From Bacteroidota bacterium (GTDB taxonomy: Bacteria; Bacteroidota; Bacteroidia; Flavobacteriales; Schleiferiaceae), in the NCBI GenBank assembly GCA_003045825.1, contig PZPA01000001.1:1-61417 (forward strand): a DNA stretch of 61,417 nt, written 5' to 3'. A program made the translations under genes and the position numbers. Positions 8,848 to 20,150 of the stretch are shown here, in pieces. Under the pieces are notes generated by a model. That model ran no database searches and had not been told where the DNA came from. It was given only the letters and a program-made list of their open reading frames with translations. How positions within the stretch are numbered: position 1 is the first letter of the stretch; each line of letters opens with the position of its first letter.

Positions 8848-11800
8848 ATGTTAGTGAACTCGCACAGTTATTACAGCTTGCGTTACGGGGTACTTTCGCC
8901 CAAAGAGTGGCTGGCTTTCTTTGAAAGCCAGCCATGGAATGCGATGGCCATCACCGATATTAATAACACTTCGGCATGCATGACGGTCCTTTACCTTTTG
9001 CGCAATCACGCTAGAAAGCGTCCGGTCATTGGGGTAGATTTTAGAAATGGAATAGTGCCCTGCTATGTAGCACTAGCGAAAAATTGGGAAGGCTTCCGCC
9101 AAATCAATGATCACCTATCAGAACACCTTCATCGAAAGCAGCGCTTTTCATCGCGCGCTCCGGTCGCAGCACTTAAAGATGCTTGGATCATTTATCCTTT
9201 AGAAGCTCTTCCACCCGATGCACTGTTGGCACCTAACGAACTTATAGGAGTAGGGGCAGATCAGTTACGCTTCTTACATCTTTCGCCGCATGTTCACCGT
9301 CAGCACAAACTCATTGCAATGCCTACGGCAACTTTCAGGGGAAAACGGGACCACAATGCTCACCGCCTATTGCGTGCTATAGACGAAAATACCTTGCTGA
9401 GTAAACTTTCAAAGGATAAACAAGCGAAAGAAGAAGACTGCTACTTAGCTAACGATGAACTGCTGAGCGCTTATGTTGAAGTGCCGTATTTGCTACGTCA
9501 GGCGCAGCAGGTATTAGAAGATTGTAAGGTTCTATTGCCCGATGAAGCCTCACTGAACTTACAGACCTATACCGGTTCAAAACAGAAGGATTTACGACTG
9601 CTCAAAAAATTGGCTTACGACGGTATACCTTATCGTTATCCAACGGTAGACTTCAAAGTAAAGGAGCGTATTGAGAAGGAGTTGGAACTCATTGCAAAGA
9701 AGAATTTTGTATCCTACTTCTTGATCAACTGGGACATTGTCAATTATGCCCAAAAACGCGGCTATTTCTATGTTGGGCGTGGGAGTGGAGCAAATAGCAT
9801 TGTTGCTTATTTGTTGAAAATCACAGATGTAGACCCCATTGAGTTGGACTTGTATTTTGAGCGCTTCATTAACCTGTACCGGACATCTCCTCCAGATTTT
9901 GATCTTGATTTTTCCTGGCGTGATCGAGACGACATTACCCAATACATCTTTAAACGCTTCCCGCACACGGCGTTGTTGGCAACGTACAATACGTTTCAAT
10001 ACCGTGCGGTGGTCCGCGAACTAGGGAAGGTGTTTGGTCTGCCTAAACATGAGATTGATAAATTGACTAGGGGGAAGTTTAGCAGTAACGAATTGGACCA
10101 ATTGGGCCATCTAGTATTGCGCTATAGCACTTATATTCAAGGGTTTCCAAGCCATTTAAGCATTCACGCTGGAGGGATTTTGATTGCTGAAAAGAGTATC
10201 CATTACCATACTGGGACTTTTTTACCGCCTAAAGGCTTTGCAACAACGCAATTTGATATGGTTGTAGCAGAAGATATTGGACTTCATAAATTTGACATCC
10301 TTAGTCAACGCGGGCTCTCAAAGATTCAAGATGCGTTGCACATTGTCCGTAAGAATAAACCAGAGGACATACTCTTAGACATTCGAAACCTGCAAGCCTT
10401 TAAGCAGGATGAAAAAATCAAATCGATTTTGCGCAACGGCAGGGCCATGGGCTGCTTTTATGTCGAATCGCCTGCGATGCGTATGTTGCTTAAGAAACTA
10501 AAGGTGGATACGTACCTTGGTTTGGTTGCCGCTAGCTCTATTATCCGGCCAGGTGTTAGTAACAGCGGGATGATGCGCGAATACATATTGCGCTTTACAG
10601 ATCCAGAACGACGTCAAGATGCGCACCCAGTATTGCTTGATATTATGCCAGATACGTTCGGGGTAATGGTGTATCAAGAAGATGTGATTAAAGTGGCTCA
10701 TTATTTCGCAGGTTTGTCCTTGGGTGAAGCCGATGTATTGCGCCGCGGAATGTCTGGAAAATTTCGTTCAAGAGAGGAGTTTAAACGTGTTGAAAATCAA
10801 TACTTTGAGAACTGTAAAGCGCGAGGGTATAGTTTAGAATTGGCACAAGATATTTGGCGTCAAATAGAAAGTTTTGCGGGCTACGCTTTTGCCAAGGGAC
10901 ATAGCGCTTCTTATGCCGTTGAGAGTTATCAAAGTCTCTATTTGAAGGCGCATTATCCTTTAGAGTACATGGTGGCTGTCATCAATAACTTCGGTGGTTT
11001 TTACAGTACGGAGTTTTATGTTCATGAGGCCAGAAAGCTTGGCGGAATAGTGGAAGCTCCTTGTGTACAGCAGGGCGATTACCCCACAGTCATTCATGGA
11101 ACGACAATCTATCTAGGCTTTATTTTACTTAACGGCTTAGACGAGACCATAGGAGTGACGATCGGAAGAGAAAGACAGGAGGGAGGCCCCTTTAGTAGCC
11201 TCACAGACTTCATAGACCGTGTGCATATTGGTATTGAACAATTAACACTGCTCATTAGAATAGGTGCATTTAGGTTTACAGGTATTGCTAAACAAACGTT
11301 ATTATGGGAAGCGCACCACATGTTAAAGGGACACAAACCTTCGGCTGTACCTGCTACAATGCCCAGTTTGTTTAAGGGAACGGTCAGTTCGCACGACTAT
11401 AAGGTGCCACTGCTGGAGCAATCTGCCTTAGAACGGGCTTTTGATGAAATAGAATTATTAGGGTTTCCATTAGCAGATCCATTTTTACTCGCTGATGAGC
11501 CATTAGATCAAGGAACTACAGCTGCAGAACTACCTGAAAAGCTAGGACATTTCGTCATTGCTTATGGCTATCTGGTTACGGTAAAGGATACGAAGACGCA
11601 AAAAGGGGACCGTATGAATTTTGCCACATTCGTAGATCAGAACGGGGATTTCCTGGATAGCGTACATTTTCCAAACATTGCTGCTCAGTTTCCATTTCGC
11701 GGTAAAGGGCTGTACAAAGTCCAAGGTCGTGTTGTTGAAGAATTTGGCTTTTACAGTATCGAGGCTTCGGCCTTGTATAAGATTGCTATTATTCCAGATC

Positions 11801-11892
11801 CGCGGTACGAAGACCAAATGGCCCGTTCAAAAGATAATTACAGTAAAACTAAGGATACTATGAAACGTGGCTCCAAGCGCACAACAGGGTAG
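8848..11892 (+). CDS. dnaE2: Error-prone DNA polymerase III alpha-subunit paralog (DnaE2-type, 1014 aa)
   Basis: PHP-like N-terminus. Pol III alpha core: GRGSGANSIVAYLL, DFDLDF, HAGG, FDILSQRGL. OB-fold C-terminus. Size and cassette context fit DnaE2 rather than the replicative DnaE. Confidence 0.85.
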   Translation: MLVNSHSYYSLRYGVLSPKEWLAFFESQPWNAMAITDINNTSACMTVLYLLRNHARKRPVIGVDFRNGIVPCYVALAKNWEGFRQINDHLSEHLHRKQRFSSRAPVAALKDAWIIYPLEALPPDALLAPNELIGVGADQLRFLHLSPHVHRQHKLIAMPTATFRGKRDHNAHRLLRAIDENTLLSKLSKDKQAKEEDCYLANDELLSAYVEVPYLLRQAQQVLEDCKVLLPDEASLNLQTYTGSKQKDLRLLKKLAYDGIPYRYPTVDFKVKERIEKELELIAKKNFVSYFLINWDIVNYAQKRGYFYVGRGSGANSIVAYLLKITDVDPIELDLYFERFINLYRTSPPDFDLDFSWRDRDDITQYIFKRFPHTALLATYNTFQYRAVVRELGKVFGLPKHEIDKLTRGKFSSNELDQLGHLVLRYSTYIQGFPSHLSIHAGGILIAEKSIHYHTGTFLPPKGFATTQFDMVVAEDIGLHKFDILSQRGLSKIQDALHIVRKNKPEDILLDIRNLQAFKQDEKIKSILRNGRAMGCFYVESPAMRMLLKKLKVDTYLGLVAASSIIRPGVSNSGMMREYILRFTDPERRQDAHPVLLDIMPDTFGVMVYQEDVIKVAHYFAGLSLGEADVLRRGMSGKFRSREEFKRVENQYFENCKARGYSLELAQDIWRQIESFAGYAFAKGHSASYAVESYQSLYLKAHYPLEYMVAVINNFGGFYSTEFYVHEARKLGGIVEAPCVQQGDYPTVIHGTTIYLGFILLNGLDETIGVTIGRERQEGGPFSSLTDFIDRVHIGIEQLTLLIRIGAFRFTGIAKQTLLWEAHHMLKGHKPSAVPATMPSLFKGTVSSHDYKVPLLEQSALERAFDEIELLGFPLADPFLLADEPLDQGTTAAELPEKLGHFVIAYGYLVTVKDTKTQKGDRMNFATFVDQNGDFLDSVHFPNIAAQFPFRGKGLYKVQGRVVEEFGFYSIEASALYKIAIIPDPRYEDQMARSKDNYSKTKDTMKRGSKRTTG

Positions 11893-11962
11893 ATCATCTA
11901 TTCTATTAAAACACTATTTAACATAATATATATTATAACCTAAAAAGGGAATAGGCAAAAGA

Positions 11963-11988
11963 AAACCCCAGCCGTTAAACTGAGGTTT
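11963..11988. terminator. Hairpin between convergent dnaE2 and the TPR gene; candidate bidirectional terminator
   Basis: AAACCCCAG (11963-11971) pairs with CTGAGGTTT (11980-11988) with one mismatch. An A-run lies upstream and a T-rich tract lies on the opposite strand. Confidence 0.55.
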
Positions 11989-12010
11989 CTAAAACATGTA
12001 CTCTTAAGTT

Positions 12011-13333
12011 CTATTCTGCCGCTGCTTCTAAAACGGCTTTCATATCCATAGTCTTCTGGTAGTCACCAACTTTTCTGTAAACCTCCATCAGTGCACGAAC
12101 GATATCCATATCGTTAGGATTCATTTCGTATGACTTTTCGAAATACTGTAGGCTTTCTTCAAACACACCTTTTTGTTTGTCCTTCAACGCATTGTATTTA
12201 CGCGTTTCATTCAAACCCAGGTTGTTCATCTGCTCAGTAATTTCATTCGCACGATCAATATATACAAGACCACACATGTACATGGCATCACTCAACGTAG
12301 AATCTAATTCAACTGCACGCTTATATTCAATTAACGCTGCATCTAAATCTTTTAACTCTGTCTGTAGGATGTTCCCTTTAACAAAGTGGTAAATTCCTTT
12401 GGTAGGATTCTTTACAATGGCTTCATCAAGGTTGGCTAATGCACCGTCGTAATCCTTGTTGTCAAGGAAAGATTGAAGCTGAATATCCAGTAAATCCTTA
12501 TTCTCGGGATACATCGTTCTCGCTTCAATTAATACATCCCCATAATTCTTCGTATCCTCTAACTTCTTGTACGCATTGATTAAGCTGATATATACACTCG
12601 GACGAACATCTTCACCAATGACAGGATCTGTCGCTAGACCAATCTGTAGGTCCTTCTCCATTGCAGCTTTATTAGGGTATTGCTTTGGCTCACCGCTTGC
12701 TGCGTAGGTTGCCGTGTAGGTAATGCCTTTGTACCCTAAGTCTAAACAACTGCGAAAAGCGTCTACACTAGCCTCTACATTACCCGATTGACCTGCGATG
12801 ATACCAGCATTAAACAACAAGCTTGTATCGAGGCTAGCATATTCACCTAAAAGTTCATTTTTCTTCAGCTCGAAAGCACTCATATATCCATTGTAAGCCC
12901 CTTCAAAGTTCCCTGCGTCGTAAGCAGTACTGGCTTCAACAAGATAATTGAAAGCAATGTTTGGGATGTTTTGAATAGCATCAAGGGTGTAAGGCTGCTT
13001 TTTCGCTGCGGATTCAAACTTGATTAAGTCCAAAATACTTTGAGCCGCAACATCATTAGCATCGGCAGCTAATGCTTTTGTTTCAGCATCAGGTGAAGCA
13101 GCAATCTTAGCGTAAATCAAGGATTTGTTGTAGTAAAACTTAGATAAGATTTTCTCCTTAATTTCTGCTTGGTTTTTACCTGCGATGATGTCAGTTGCTT
13201 CATCGATAAAGCCTTTTGCTTCTACTAATTCATTGCCTCTTAATGCGATAATGGCACTGGTTACTTTAGGTGCTTCCTGTGCAGTTAGTCCTAATGTAAT
13301 CACCATCGATAAGGCGAAGAGTACTTTTTTCAT
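12011..13333 (-). CDS. Secreted tetratricopeptide-repeat (TPR) protein
   Basis: The signal peptide is MKKVLFALSMVITLGLTAQ. Repeated TPR-like A/Y/L-rich 34-mers follow, for example GDYQKTMDMKAVLE. Confidence 0.7.
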   Translation of the reverse strand: MKKVLFALSMVITLGLTAQEAPKVTSAIIALRGNELVEAKGFIDEATDIIAGKNQAEIKEKILSKFYYNKSLIYAKIAASPDAETKALAADANDVAAQSILDLIKFESAAKKQPYTLDAIQNIPNIAFNYLVEASTAYDAGNFEGAYNGYMSAFELKKNELLGEYASLDTSLLFNAGIIAGQSGNVEASVDAFRSCLDLGYKGITYTATYAASGEPKQYPNKAAMEKDLQIGLATDPVIGEDVRPSVYISLINAYKKLEDTKNYGDVLIEARTMYPENKDLLDIQLQSFLDNKDYDGALANLDEAIVKNPTKGIYHFVKGNILQTELKDLDAALIEYKRAVELDSTLSDAMYMCGLVYIDRANEITEQMNNLGLNETRKYNALKDKQKGVFEESLQYFEKSYEMNPNDMDIVRALMEVYRKVGDYQKTMDMKAVLEAAAE

Positions 13334-13381
13334 TCTATACTATTTCAAATTTTTAAATAAGGTCACATATGTCAGTTCCCC

Positions 13382-13410
13382 TAAAAGAACAAACACCGCG
13401 CCATTGTTCT
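13382..13410 (-). terminator. Candidate rho-independent terminator of gyrA
   Basis: The minus strand reads AGAACAA-11 nt-TTGTTCT followed by TTTA. Stem arms are at 13386-13392 and 13404-13410, just downstream of the gyrA stop. Confidence 0.5.
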
Positions 13411-13421
13411 AAATCATTGTA

Positions 13422-15965
13422 TTAATCTTCGCTTTCCGTTGGAGCCTCTGGTGCTGTTGCACCCTCTTCTCCTTCTGTTGCGACGATAACGTTGCCCTCT
13501 GCATCGAGCACCTCTTCTTCTTCCTCTGAAGCTGGAACCTTAGCGATGGACGCAATTTCATCACCGCTGCGCAGGTTGATTAATCGTACACCTTGTGTAG
13601 CTCGACCCATTACTCTTAAAGTATCCACACCCATTCGGATCATGGTTCCTTTTTTCGTAATGATCATCAAATCATCCTCATCCGTTACGGCTTTGAGCGA
13701 CACCAACTCCCCTGTTTTCTCCGTAACTGTAATGGTTTTCACACCTTTACCTCCACGGTTGGTAATACGGTAATCTTCTAACGAAGAACGCTTACCGTAG
13801 CCGGCCTCACTCACGACCATCACATCAAAACCATCACCTTCTTTAACTACAATCATTCCTACTACTTCATCGTTGTCATGATCGACGGTGATAGCACGAA
13901 CACCGGATGCACTCCGGCCCATAGTACGGACCTTGGCTTCTGGGAAACGAATGGCCTTACCGCTGCGTACAGCAAGCATAATGTCTTGCTCGCCATTTGT
14001 GAGTTTGGCTTCAAGCAAGGTATCCCCTTCGCGTATGGTAATTGCGTTAATACCATTGACTCGAGGACGGCTATACGCCTCCAAGGACGTTTTCTTAATC
14101 ACTCCTTTCTTGGTACACATCACGATATGGTGACTGTTGATGTACTCTTCGTCCTTAAGGTTTAGAACATTTATAAATGCTAAAACTTTATCATCTTGAG
14201 GTAAGTTGATCAAGTTTTGAATCGCTCTACCCTTGCTCTGACGGCTTCCTTCAGGAATTTCGTACACCCGCATCCAGAAACACCTTCCTAGTTCGGTAAA
14301 GAAGAGCATGTACTGATGATTCGTTGCGACATACACGTGCTCGATAAAGTCCTTATCCCGTGTACTAGCACCTTTAGAACCCACTCCACCTCTGTTCTGT
14401 TTCTTGTATTCCGTCAGTGGCGTACGCTTGATGTAACCCGCGTGTGAAATCGTAATTACCACTTCAGAATCAGGAATCATATCCTCGATACTTACATCGC
14501 CGCCGGCGAATTCAATATCCGTTCTGCGGTCGTCTCCGTATTTTTCTTTAATCTCAAGAAGTTCGTCTTTGATGATTTCCATTCTCAAGACTTTATCGCC
14601 TAGAATACTTTTTAAGTATTCGATGGTCTTCATCAATTCCTCATACTCTGACTTGATTTTATCACGCTCAAGACCCGTTAGCTTTTGAAGACGCATCTCT
14701 AGGATGGCTTTCGCCTGGACATCTGAAAGTTTGAATTCAGTCATCAAGCCAGACTTAGCTTCATCTACCGTGGCAGATGCACGAATAAGTTTAATAACAG
14801 CATCGAGATTGTCGATCGCAATAAGTAAACCTTCAAGAACGTGTGCACGCTTCTCCGCTTGTCGAAGTTCATACTCTGTACGGCGGACCACAACATCATG
14901 ACGGTGTTCTACAAAGTGCTTCACCATGTCTTTTAAGTTCAACATCTCTGGACGTCCATTGACCAATGCAATGTTGTTCACAGAGAATGAACTTTGAAGC
15001 TGTGTGTATTTATAGAGTTTGTTTAAAACGACATTAGGAACAGCGTCGCGTTTAAGAATGTACACTACACGCATACCCTTACGATCACTTTCATCGCGTA
15101 TGTCTGAAATGCCTTCAATCTTTTTATCGTTGACCAATTCAGCGGTTTTCTTGATCATTTCCGCTTTGTTGACCTGGTAAGGAATTTCTGTAACGATGAT
15201 ACACTCGCGACCACGCACTTCTTCAATAGTTGCCTTACCGCGAAGAACGATGCGCCCTCTACCCGTGTGAAATGCATCTCTTACGCCTTCATAACCGTAG
15301 ATTGTACCTCCCGTAGGGAAATCTGGTGCGCTGATGTGTTGCATCAACTCATCTATCTCTATCGCATCATTATCGATGTAAGCATTGATGGCATTGATAC
15401 TCTCTGTAAGGTTGTGCGGAGGCATGTTCGTTGCCATACCTACAGCAATACCTGAGGCACCATTGACCAGTAGGCCAGGAATTCTTGTAGGAAGCACAGT
15501 GGGTTCCTTTAAAGAATCGTCAAAGTTCAATTGCCAATCTACAGTGTCTTTGTCGATATCTGAAAGCATTTCCTCCGCAATCTTACGCATACGGACTTCC
15601 GTGTAACGCATTGCAGCTGGGCTATCGCCATCAACAGAGCCAAAGTTTCCTTGACCATCAACGAGAGTGTACCGTAATGACCAGTCTTGCGCCATACGAA
15701 CCATCGTGTCGTATACCGAGCTATCGCCGTGTGGATGGTACTTACCTAGTACATCCCCAACAATCCTTGCTGATTTTTTATATGCTTTCGAGCTGGTAAC
15801 ACCCATGTCGTGCATTCCGTATAAAACGCGGCGGTGAACGGGTTTTAATCCGTCACGTACGTCTGGAAGTGCACGAGAAACGATGACCGACATCGAATAA
15901 TCGATGTAGGAGCTTTTCATTTGCTCCTCAATATTTACGGGAATAATGCGTTCTCCCTGCGCCAT
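13422..15965 (-). CDS. gyrA: DNA gyrase subunit A
   Basis: [30 protein letters not shown] and AAMRYTE (active-site Tyr region) are present, along with C-terminal beta-pinwheel repeats and an acidic tail. Confidence 0.97.
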   Translation of the reverse strand: MAQGERIIPVNIEEQMKSSYIDYSMSVIVSRALPDVRDGLKPVHRRVLYGMHDMGVTSSKAYKKSARIVGDVLGKYHPHGDSSVYDTMVRMAQDWSLRYTLVDGQGNFGSVDGDSPAAMRYTEVRMRKIAEEMLSDIDKDTVDWQLNFDDSLKEPTVLPTRIPGLLVNGASGIAVGMATNMPPHNLTESINAINAYIDNDAIEIDELMQHISAPDFPTGGTIYGYEGVRDAFHTGRGRIVLRGKATIEEVRGRECIIVTEIPYQVNKAEMIKKTAELVNDKKIEGISDIRDESDRKGMRVVYILKRDAVPNVVLNKLYKYTQLQSSFSVNNIALVNGRPEMLNLKDMVKHFVEHRHDVVVRRTEYELRQAEKRAHVLEGLLIAIDNLDAVIKLIRASATVDEAKSGLMTEFKLSDVQAKAILEMRLQKLTGLERDKIKSEYEELMKTIEYLKSILGDKVLRMEIIKDELLEIKEKYGDDRRTDIEFAGGDVSIEDMIPDSEVVITISHAGYIKRTPLTEYKKQNRGGVGSKGASTRDKDFIEHVYVATNHQYMLFFTELGRCFWMRVYEIPEGSRQSKGRAIQNLINLPQDDKVLAFINVLNLKDEEYINSHHIVMCTKKGVIKKTSLEAYSRPRVNGINAITIREGDTLLEAKLTNGEQDIMLAVRSGKAIRFPEAKVRTMGRSASGVRAITVDHDNDEVVGMIVVKEGDGFDVMVVSEAGYGKRSSLEDYRITNRGGKGVKTITVTEKTGELVSLKAVTDEDDLMIITKKGTMIRMGVDTLRVMGRATQGVRLINLRSGDEIASIAKVPASEEEEEVLDAEGNVIVATEGEEGATAPEAPTESED

Positions 15966-16199
15966 ATTGTCAGTATTTAGTGCGGCCGAAGCCGGGTTTT
16001 TTCGTAATTTTCAAATATAGCTTTTTGATGGGCTGAAAGTCCCACCTGCTATGGGTTTACTTAGAGCATTTATCCACATTCGAATGTTAACAAACCATTG
16101 AATTGGACCACTGAAACTGCCGAAAAGAGCCATTAGATTTGAAAAGAACCCTTTGGCACGTATTGTGTTCTAAGAGTAGTACACCACAAAACAACAATT

Positions 16200-18833
16200 A
16201 TGGAAGAGAACTTTAGCCCCAGAGTAAGAGATGTGATCACCTTTAGTAAGGAAGAAGCGCTCCGTCTTGGCCATGATTATATAGGTACTGAACATTTGTT
16301 ATTGGGCATCCTCAGGGATGGTGACGGTACAGCTATTCAGATCCTAAAGGATTTGGGTCTCGATTTAAAACAAGTACGTAGCAAAATTGAACAGGTAGCG
16401 GCGCCATATGCCACCAATACTCAAGTAAGTGGAAAAAACTTGCCTTTGACGCGCCAAGCAGAGAAAGCATTAAAGACAACATTTCTTGAGGCGAAGCTGT
16501 TCCAAAGCCCGGTCATAAGAACCCCGCATTTGTTGTTGTGTATCCTTCGTAACGATAATGATCCTATCAGCGGTATCATGGGCCAATTAGGTGCAAGCTA
16601 TGATGCTGTTAAAAGCGAATACCAGAGCAACTATATTGAAACGGACAGCAGAGGTGATTCAGACGATGCAGACCTTCCATCCCCTTCCATGAGCTATGAA
16701 GAAGACGATATGGACGATGCGGGACGTTCTGGTGGAGCGCGAAGAGCGCCGCAGCGCGACCGCGGGAAAGAGAAAAGTAAAACTCCTGTTCTCGATAATT
16801 TTGGTAAGGACTTAACTAAGTCTGCGTCGCAAGGAAAATTGGACCCTGTAGTGGGTCGTGAGAAGGAGATTGAACGCGTATCTCAGATTCTAAGCAGACG
16901 TAAAAAGAACAACCCTTTATTGATAGGTGAACCGGGCGTAGGTAAAAGTGCCATTGCAGAAGGTTTGGCTTTGCGCATAGTCAATAAGCAGGTGAGTCGT
17001 GTCCTTTTCGATAAGCGCGTGGTTAGTTTAGATTTGGCCAGTTTGGTTGCGGGCACTAAATACCGCGGTCAGTTCGAGGAGCGCATGAAGGCGTTGATGA
17101 ACGAATTGGAAAAGAACGACGATATCATTCTGTTCATAGATGAATTGCATACCATCGTCGGCGCTGGTGGCGCAACGGGAAGTTTGGATGCTTCAAATAT
17201 GTTCAAGCCAGCCCTTGCACGGGGAGAAATACAATGTATAGGTGCCACTACGTTGGACGAATACCGTCAATTCATTGAGAAAGACGGCGCCTTGGAACGC
17301 CGTTTTCAGAAGATTACTGTAGACCCAACTTCACCTGAAGAGACGGTACAGATTTTGAATAATATTAAAGATAAATACGAAGAGCACCACAACGTGCTTT
17401 ATACGCCGGCAGCTATTGAAGCTTGTGTGCGTTTGACGCAACGCTACATTAGCGATCGCCATTTGCCTGATAAAGCAATTGATGCGCTAGACGAAGCAGG
17501 CTCTCGTGTGCACATCACTAACATTGAAGTTCCTGAAAACATCACCCAACTCGAAGGGCAATTGGAAGCGATAAAAGCGCAAAAGATTGTCGTGGTCAAG
17601 AGCCAGCGCTATGAAGAAGCTGCTCGCTTGCGTGATGATGAAAAAAAGATGGAAGCGCAGCTTGAAAGTGCTCGTGAAGCCTGGGAGGCCAGTATAAAGT
17701 TGAACAAAAAGACGGTCGATGAACCTGAGGTGGCTGAAGTAGTTGCCATGATGACGGGAGTGCCTGTTCAGCGCGTAGCTCAACAGGAGCTTGAGAAACT
17801 GTCTCAGATGGAAGATCAATTGCGTTCAAACGTCATTGGTCAAGATGAAGCCGTTAAAAAGATTGTTCGTGCGATTCAGCGCAACAGAGCGGGATTGAAA
17901 GACCCGAGCAAACCTATCGGCTCGTTTATTTTTCTAGGACCTACTGGAGTTGGTAAAACACAACTCGCGAAGGAATTGACGAAGTTACTTTTTGACAGTG
18001 AGGACAACATGATTCGCATCGATATGAGTGAATACATGGAGAAATTTGCCATTAGCAGGCTGGTTGGTGCGCCACCGGGATACGTCGGATACGAAGAAGG
18101 TGGCCAATTAACGGAACGGGTACGTCGCAAACCGTATTCAGTGATTCTTTTGGACGAGATTGAAAAAGCACATCCTGATGTGTTTAACCTCCTCCTGCAA
18201 GCATTGGATGACGGGCAAATCACAGATAGTCTTGGCCGCCGCGTTGATTTCAAGAATACCATCATCATAATGACGTCGAATCTAGGTAGTCGTCAGCTGA
18301 AAGATTTCGGTACAGGTGTTGGATTCGGTACATCGGCTCGCACCCAACGCAAATCGGATATTGAGAATAGTGTGATACAAGGAGCTTTGAAAAAGGCCTT
18401 TGCACCGGAGTTTTTGAATAGAATTGATGATGTCGTCCTGTTTAACTCGCTATCGCGCGAAGATATTCACAGCATAATTGATATTGAATTGCGCAGTCTG
18501 TTTGGTCGAATCCAAGATTTGGGCTACCATATCAATCTGAGTGATGAAGCGAAAGATTTTGTAGCTGACGAAGGTTTTGATGAAGCTTTTGGCGCAAGAC
18601 CTTTGGCGCGTGCGTTACAGAAACTCATTGAAGACCCGCTTGCGGAGAAGATTATTTCAAAGGAAATTACAGAAGGTGATACTATTCATATTGGCCTAGA
18701 CGATAAAACTCTAGTGTTTAAAGTAGACAAAGCACCTCAAGTTGAGGCTAAGGATGCAGTTGAAGAACTTCCTGAGGCAAGTGCCGACGAAGAATCTACC
18801 GTAAAGGAAGAGTCCAAAGATTTAAAAGAGTAG
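16200..18833 (+). CDS. clpC: ATP-dependent Clp protease ATP-binding subunit (ClpC-type AAA+ unfoldase)
   Basis: Double Clp_N repeat. Two Walker A motifs (GEPGVGKSA and GPTGVGKT). UVR-like middle motif ([13 protein letters not shown]). VGFG ClpP-docking loop. Confidence 0.93.
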   Translation: MEENFSPRVRDVITFSKEEALRLGHDYIGTEHLLLGILRDGDGTAIQILKDLGLDLKQVRSKIEQVAAPYATNTQVSGKNLPLTRQAEKALKTTFLEAKLFQSPVIRTPHLLLCILRNDNDPISGIMGQLGASYDAVKSEYQSNYIETDSRGDSDDADLPSPSMSYEEDDMDDAGRSGGARRAPQRDRGKEKSKTPVLDNFGKDLTKSASQGKLDPVVGREKEIERVSQILSRRKKNNPLLIGEPGVGKSAIAEGLALRIVNKQVSRVLFDKRVVSLDLASLVAGTKYRGQFEERMKALMNELEKNDDIILFIDELHTIVGAGGATGSLDASNMFKPALARGEIQCIGATTLDEYRQFIEKDGALERRFQKITVDPTSPEETVQILNNIKDKYEEHHNVLYTPAAIEACVRLTQRYISDRHLPDKAIDALDEAGSRVHITNIEVPENITQLEGQLEAIKAQKIVVVKSQRYEEAARLRDDEKKMEAQLESAREAWEASIKLNKKTVDEPEVAEVVAMMTGVPVQRVAQQELEKLSQMEDQLRSNVIGQDEAVKKIVRAIQRNRAGLKDPSKPIGSFIFLGPTGVGKTQLAKELTKLLFDSEDNMIRIDMSEYMEKFAISRLVGAPPGYVGYEEGGQLTERVRRKPYSVILLDEIEKAHPDVFNLLLQALDDGQITDSLGRRVDFKNTIIIMTSNLGSRQLKDFGTGVGFGTSARTQRKSDIENSVIQGALKKAFAPEFLNRIDDVVLFNSLSREDIHSIIDIELRSLFGRIQDLGYHINLSDEAKDFVADEGFDEAFGARPLARALQKLIEDPLAEKIISKEITEGDTIHIGLDDKTLVFKVDKAPQVEAKDAVEELPEASADEESTVKEESKDLKE

Positions 18834-18835
18834 CC

Positions 18836-20092
18836 TTAGAGTAGAAATACATGATCGGGATGCTGTTCTAAAAGCTTCATACCGATAGAATTGATAGTGG
18901 GCGAAGGACTGACTGGTATAAAGTTAGCTCTCGCCCACTCTTCATTTGTGAGGTAATCGTCATGAGTGTAGATTCCAGTAATACTTCCGCGTTCGATAAA
19001 AAGTGCTCCTGTATTTTCGTAAGGAAGTGCCAAAATGAGGCGCTGATGATTACTCGCAACTAATTGGTCCAATGCTTCTCTCTGAGTCCAGTCATTTTTA
19101 CGGGCCAATTGAAGGTAATCGGCCAACCATTGCTGTCCCGTAACGTAGGAACCGAATCTGCGCAATGCCCCGCTTCCAATAGCTTTTTGAACCACCCATT
19201 TCACCTCTCCTCTACCATTCTCATAACTGTACAAACCAAACTTCAAGGACTGCTTCTTTTGTGCCTTATTTAAGGGCGGCCAGTGTTGCCTTATCAGGTG
19301 ATCCTCGTAAATAAGGCTCAATGTTTCGTTTGGGAACAGCTCGTAGGTCAAACTGTGGCATTCCTTCATGAGGCGCTGGTACTTTGTTGAACCTTGGTCC
19401 GTACTGAAATGCTGGGTAATACGACTTTTGATATTATTGGCTTTACCTATATAGAGGGGCATTCCGAATGCGTCTAGGAATTGGTATACCCCTGATTCTT
19501 TGGGTAAATCGTCATAATGATGCGCCGGCATAAGGTCAGGAAGTTGGATGCGCTTGAGCAAGCCCAATTTGGGGTCATTCAACTTTTGATCGTCATAATC
19601 TGCAATGCAGCAATGAACAAGCACCTCTGCGGCACACAACGCATCGCTCAACGCGCGGTGTGGATTATCATTGGCAACCTCCAAAGCCTGCGTAAGATGC
19701 GACAAGGAATACCTGCCAAACTCTGGAAACATGGCTTTCGCATATTTTACCGTACATAATTTTGGCATGCGCCAATTGACGCCGGCTTCCTTAAATGCCC
19801 GTTCAATAAAGCTGTAATCGAAATTCACAGAATGTGCAACAAACACTTCTCCATCTAATTCCTTGAGTAATTCAGGCACTAAGGATTTGAACGTAGGTGC
19901 ATCAGCGACCATATCATCTGTAATTCCAGTTAACATTTGTATGTTATAGGGAATGCTGCGGTCGGGCTTTACGAACGAGGACCACTTGCGCACAATCTTA
20001 TTATGTTCCACATGGACAATACCTATTTCGGTAATGTCGTTTCCATTCGGCCTGCCCCCTGTGGTCTCTATATCTACTACTACGTAATGCAC
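18836..20092 (-). CDS. DnaQ-like DEDDh 3'-5' exonuclease fused to a GIY-YIG nuclease domain, plus an uncharacterised C-terminal region
   Basis: Exo motifs: VVVDIETTG, HSVNFDYSFI, HRALSDA. GIY-YIG segment: GVYQFLDAFGMPLYIGKANNIKSRITQHF. About 140 C-terminal residues are unassigned. Confidence 0.75.
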   Translation of the reverse strand: MHYVVVDIETTGGRPNGNDITEIGIVHVEHNKIVRKWSSFVKPDRSIPYNIQMLTGITDDMVADAPTFKSLVPELLKELDGEVFVAHSVNFDYSFIERAFKEAGVNWRMPKLCTVKYAKAMFPEFGRYSLSHLTQALEVANDNPHRALSDALCAAEVLVHCCIADYDDQKLNDPKLGLLKRIQLPDLMPAHHYDDLPKESGVYQFLDAFGMPLYIGKANNIKSRITQHFSTDQGSTKYQRLMKECHSLTYELFPNETLSLIYEDHLIRQHWPPLNKAQKKQSLKFGLYSYENGRGEVKWVVQKAIGSGALRRFGSYVTGQQWLADYLQLARKNDWTQREALDQLVASNHQRLILALPYENTGALFIERGSITGIYTHDDYLTNEEWARANFIPVSPSPTINSIGMKLLEQHPDHVFLL

Positions 20093-20150
20093 CCTGTAAA
20101 TCTAGGTATACGCGTCTTATTCCTTGTAGTGCAGTTCGTATATTTATCCA

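Noticed and set aside
13492-15799. Several 60-95 aa ORFs antisense to gyrA (for example 13492-13773, 13878-14165 and 15385-15606)
   Set aside because: They lie entirely within a highly conserved gene on the opposite strand. Their composition is low-complexity (Ser/Thr/Ile-rich), as expected from antisense reading frames, and they have no recognisable motifs.
15983-16002. A terminator-like CGGC-CGAA-GCCG hairpin followed by a T-run just upstream of the gyrA start
   Set aside because: The stem is only 4 bp. No plus-strand gene ends upstream of it. It lies in the gyrA 5' region on the antisense strand, so it is not supportable as a terminator.
16070-16078. A perfect consensus DnaA box, TTATCCACA, in the gyrA-clpC intergenic region
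   Set aside because: It is a single isolated box. A given 9-mer is expected about 0.5 times by chance on the two strands of a 61-kb window. There is no cluster and no adjacent AT-rich unwinding element.
16154-16168. A sigma-54-like -24 element (TGGCAC) upstream of clpC
   Set aside because: The -24 hexamer is exact. The expected TTGC at the correct spacing (TGGCAC-N5-TTGC) is missing; the sequence reads TGGCACGTATTGTGT. Without a -12 element it is most likely a chance hexamer.
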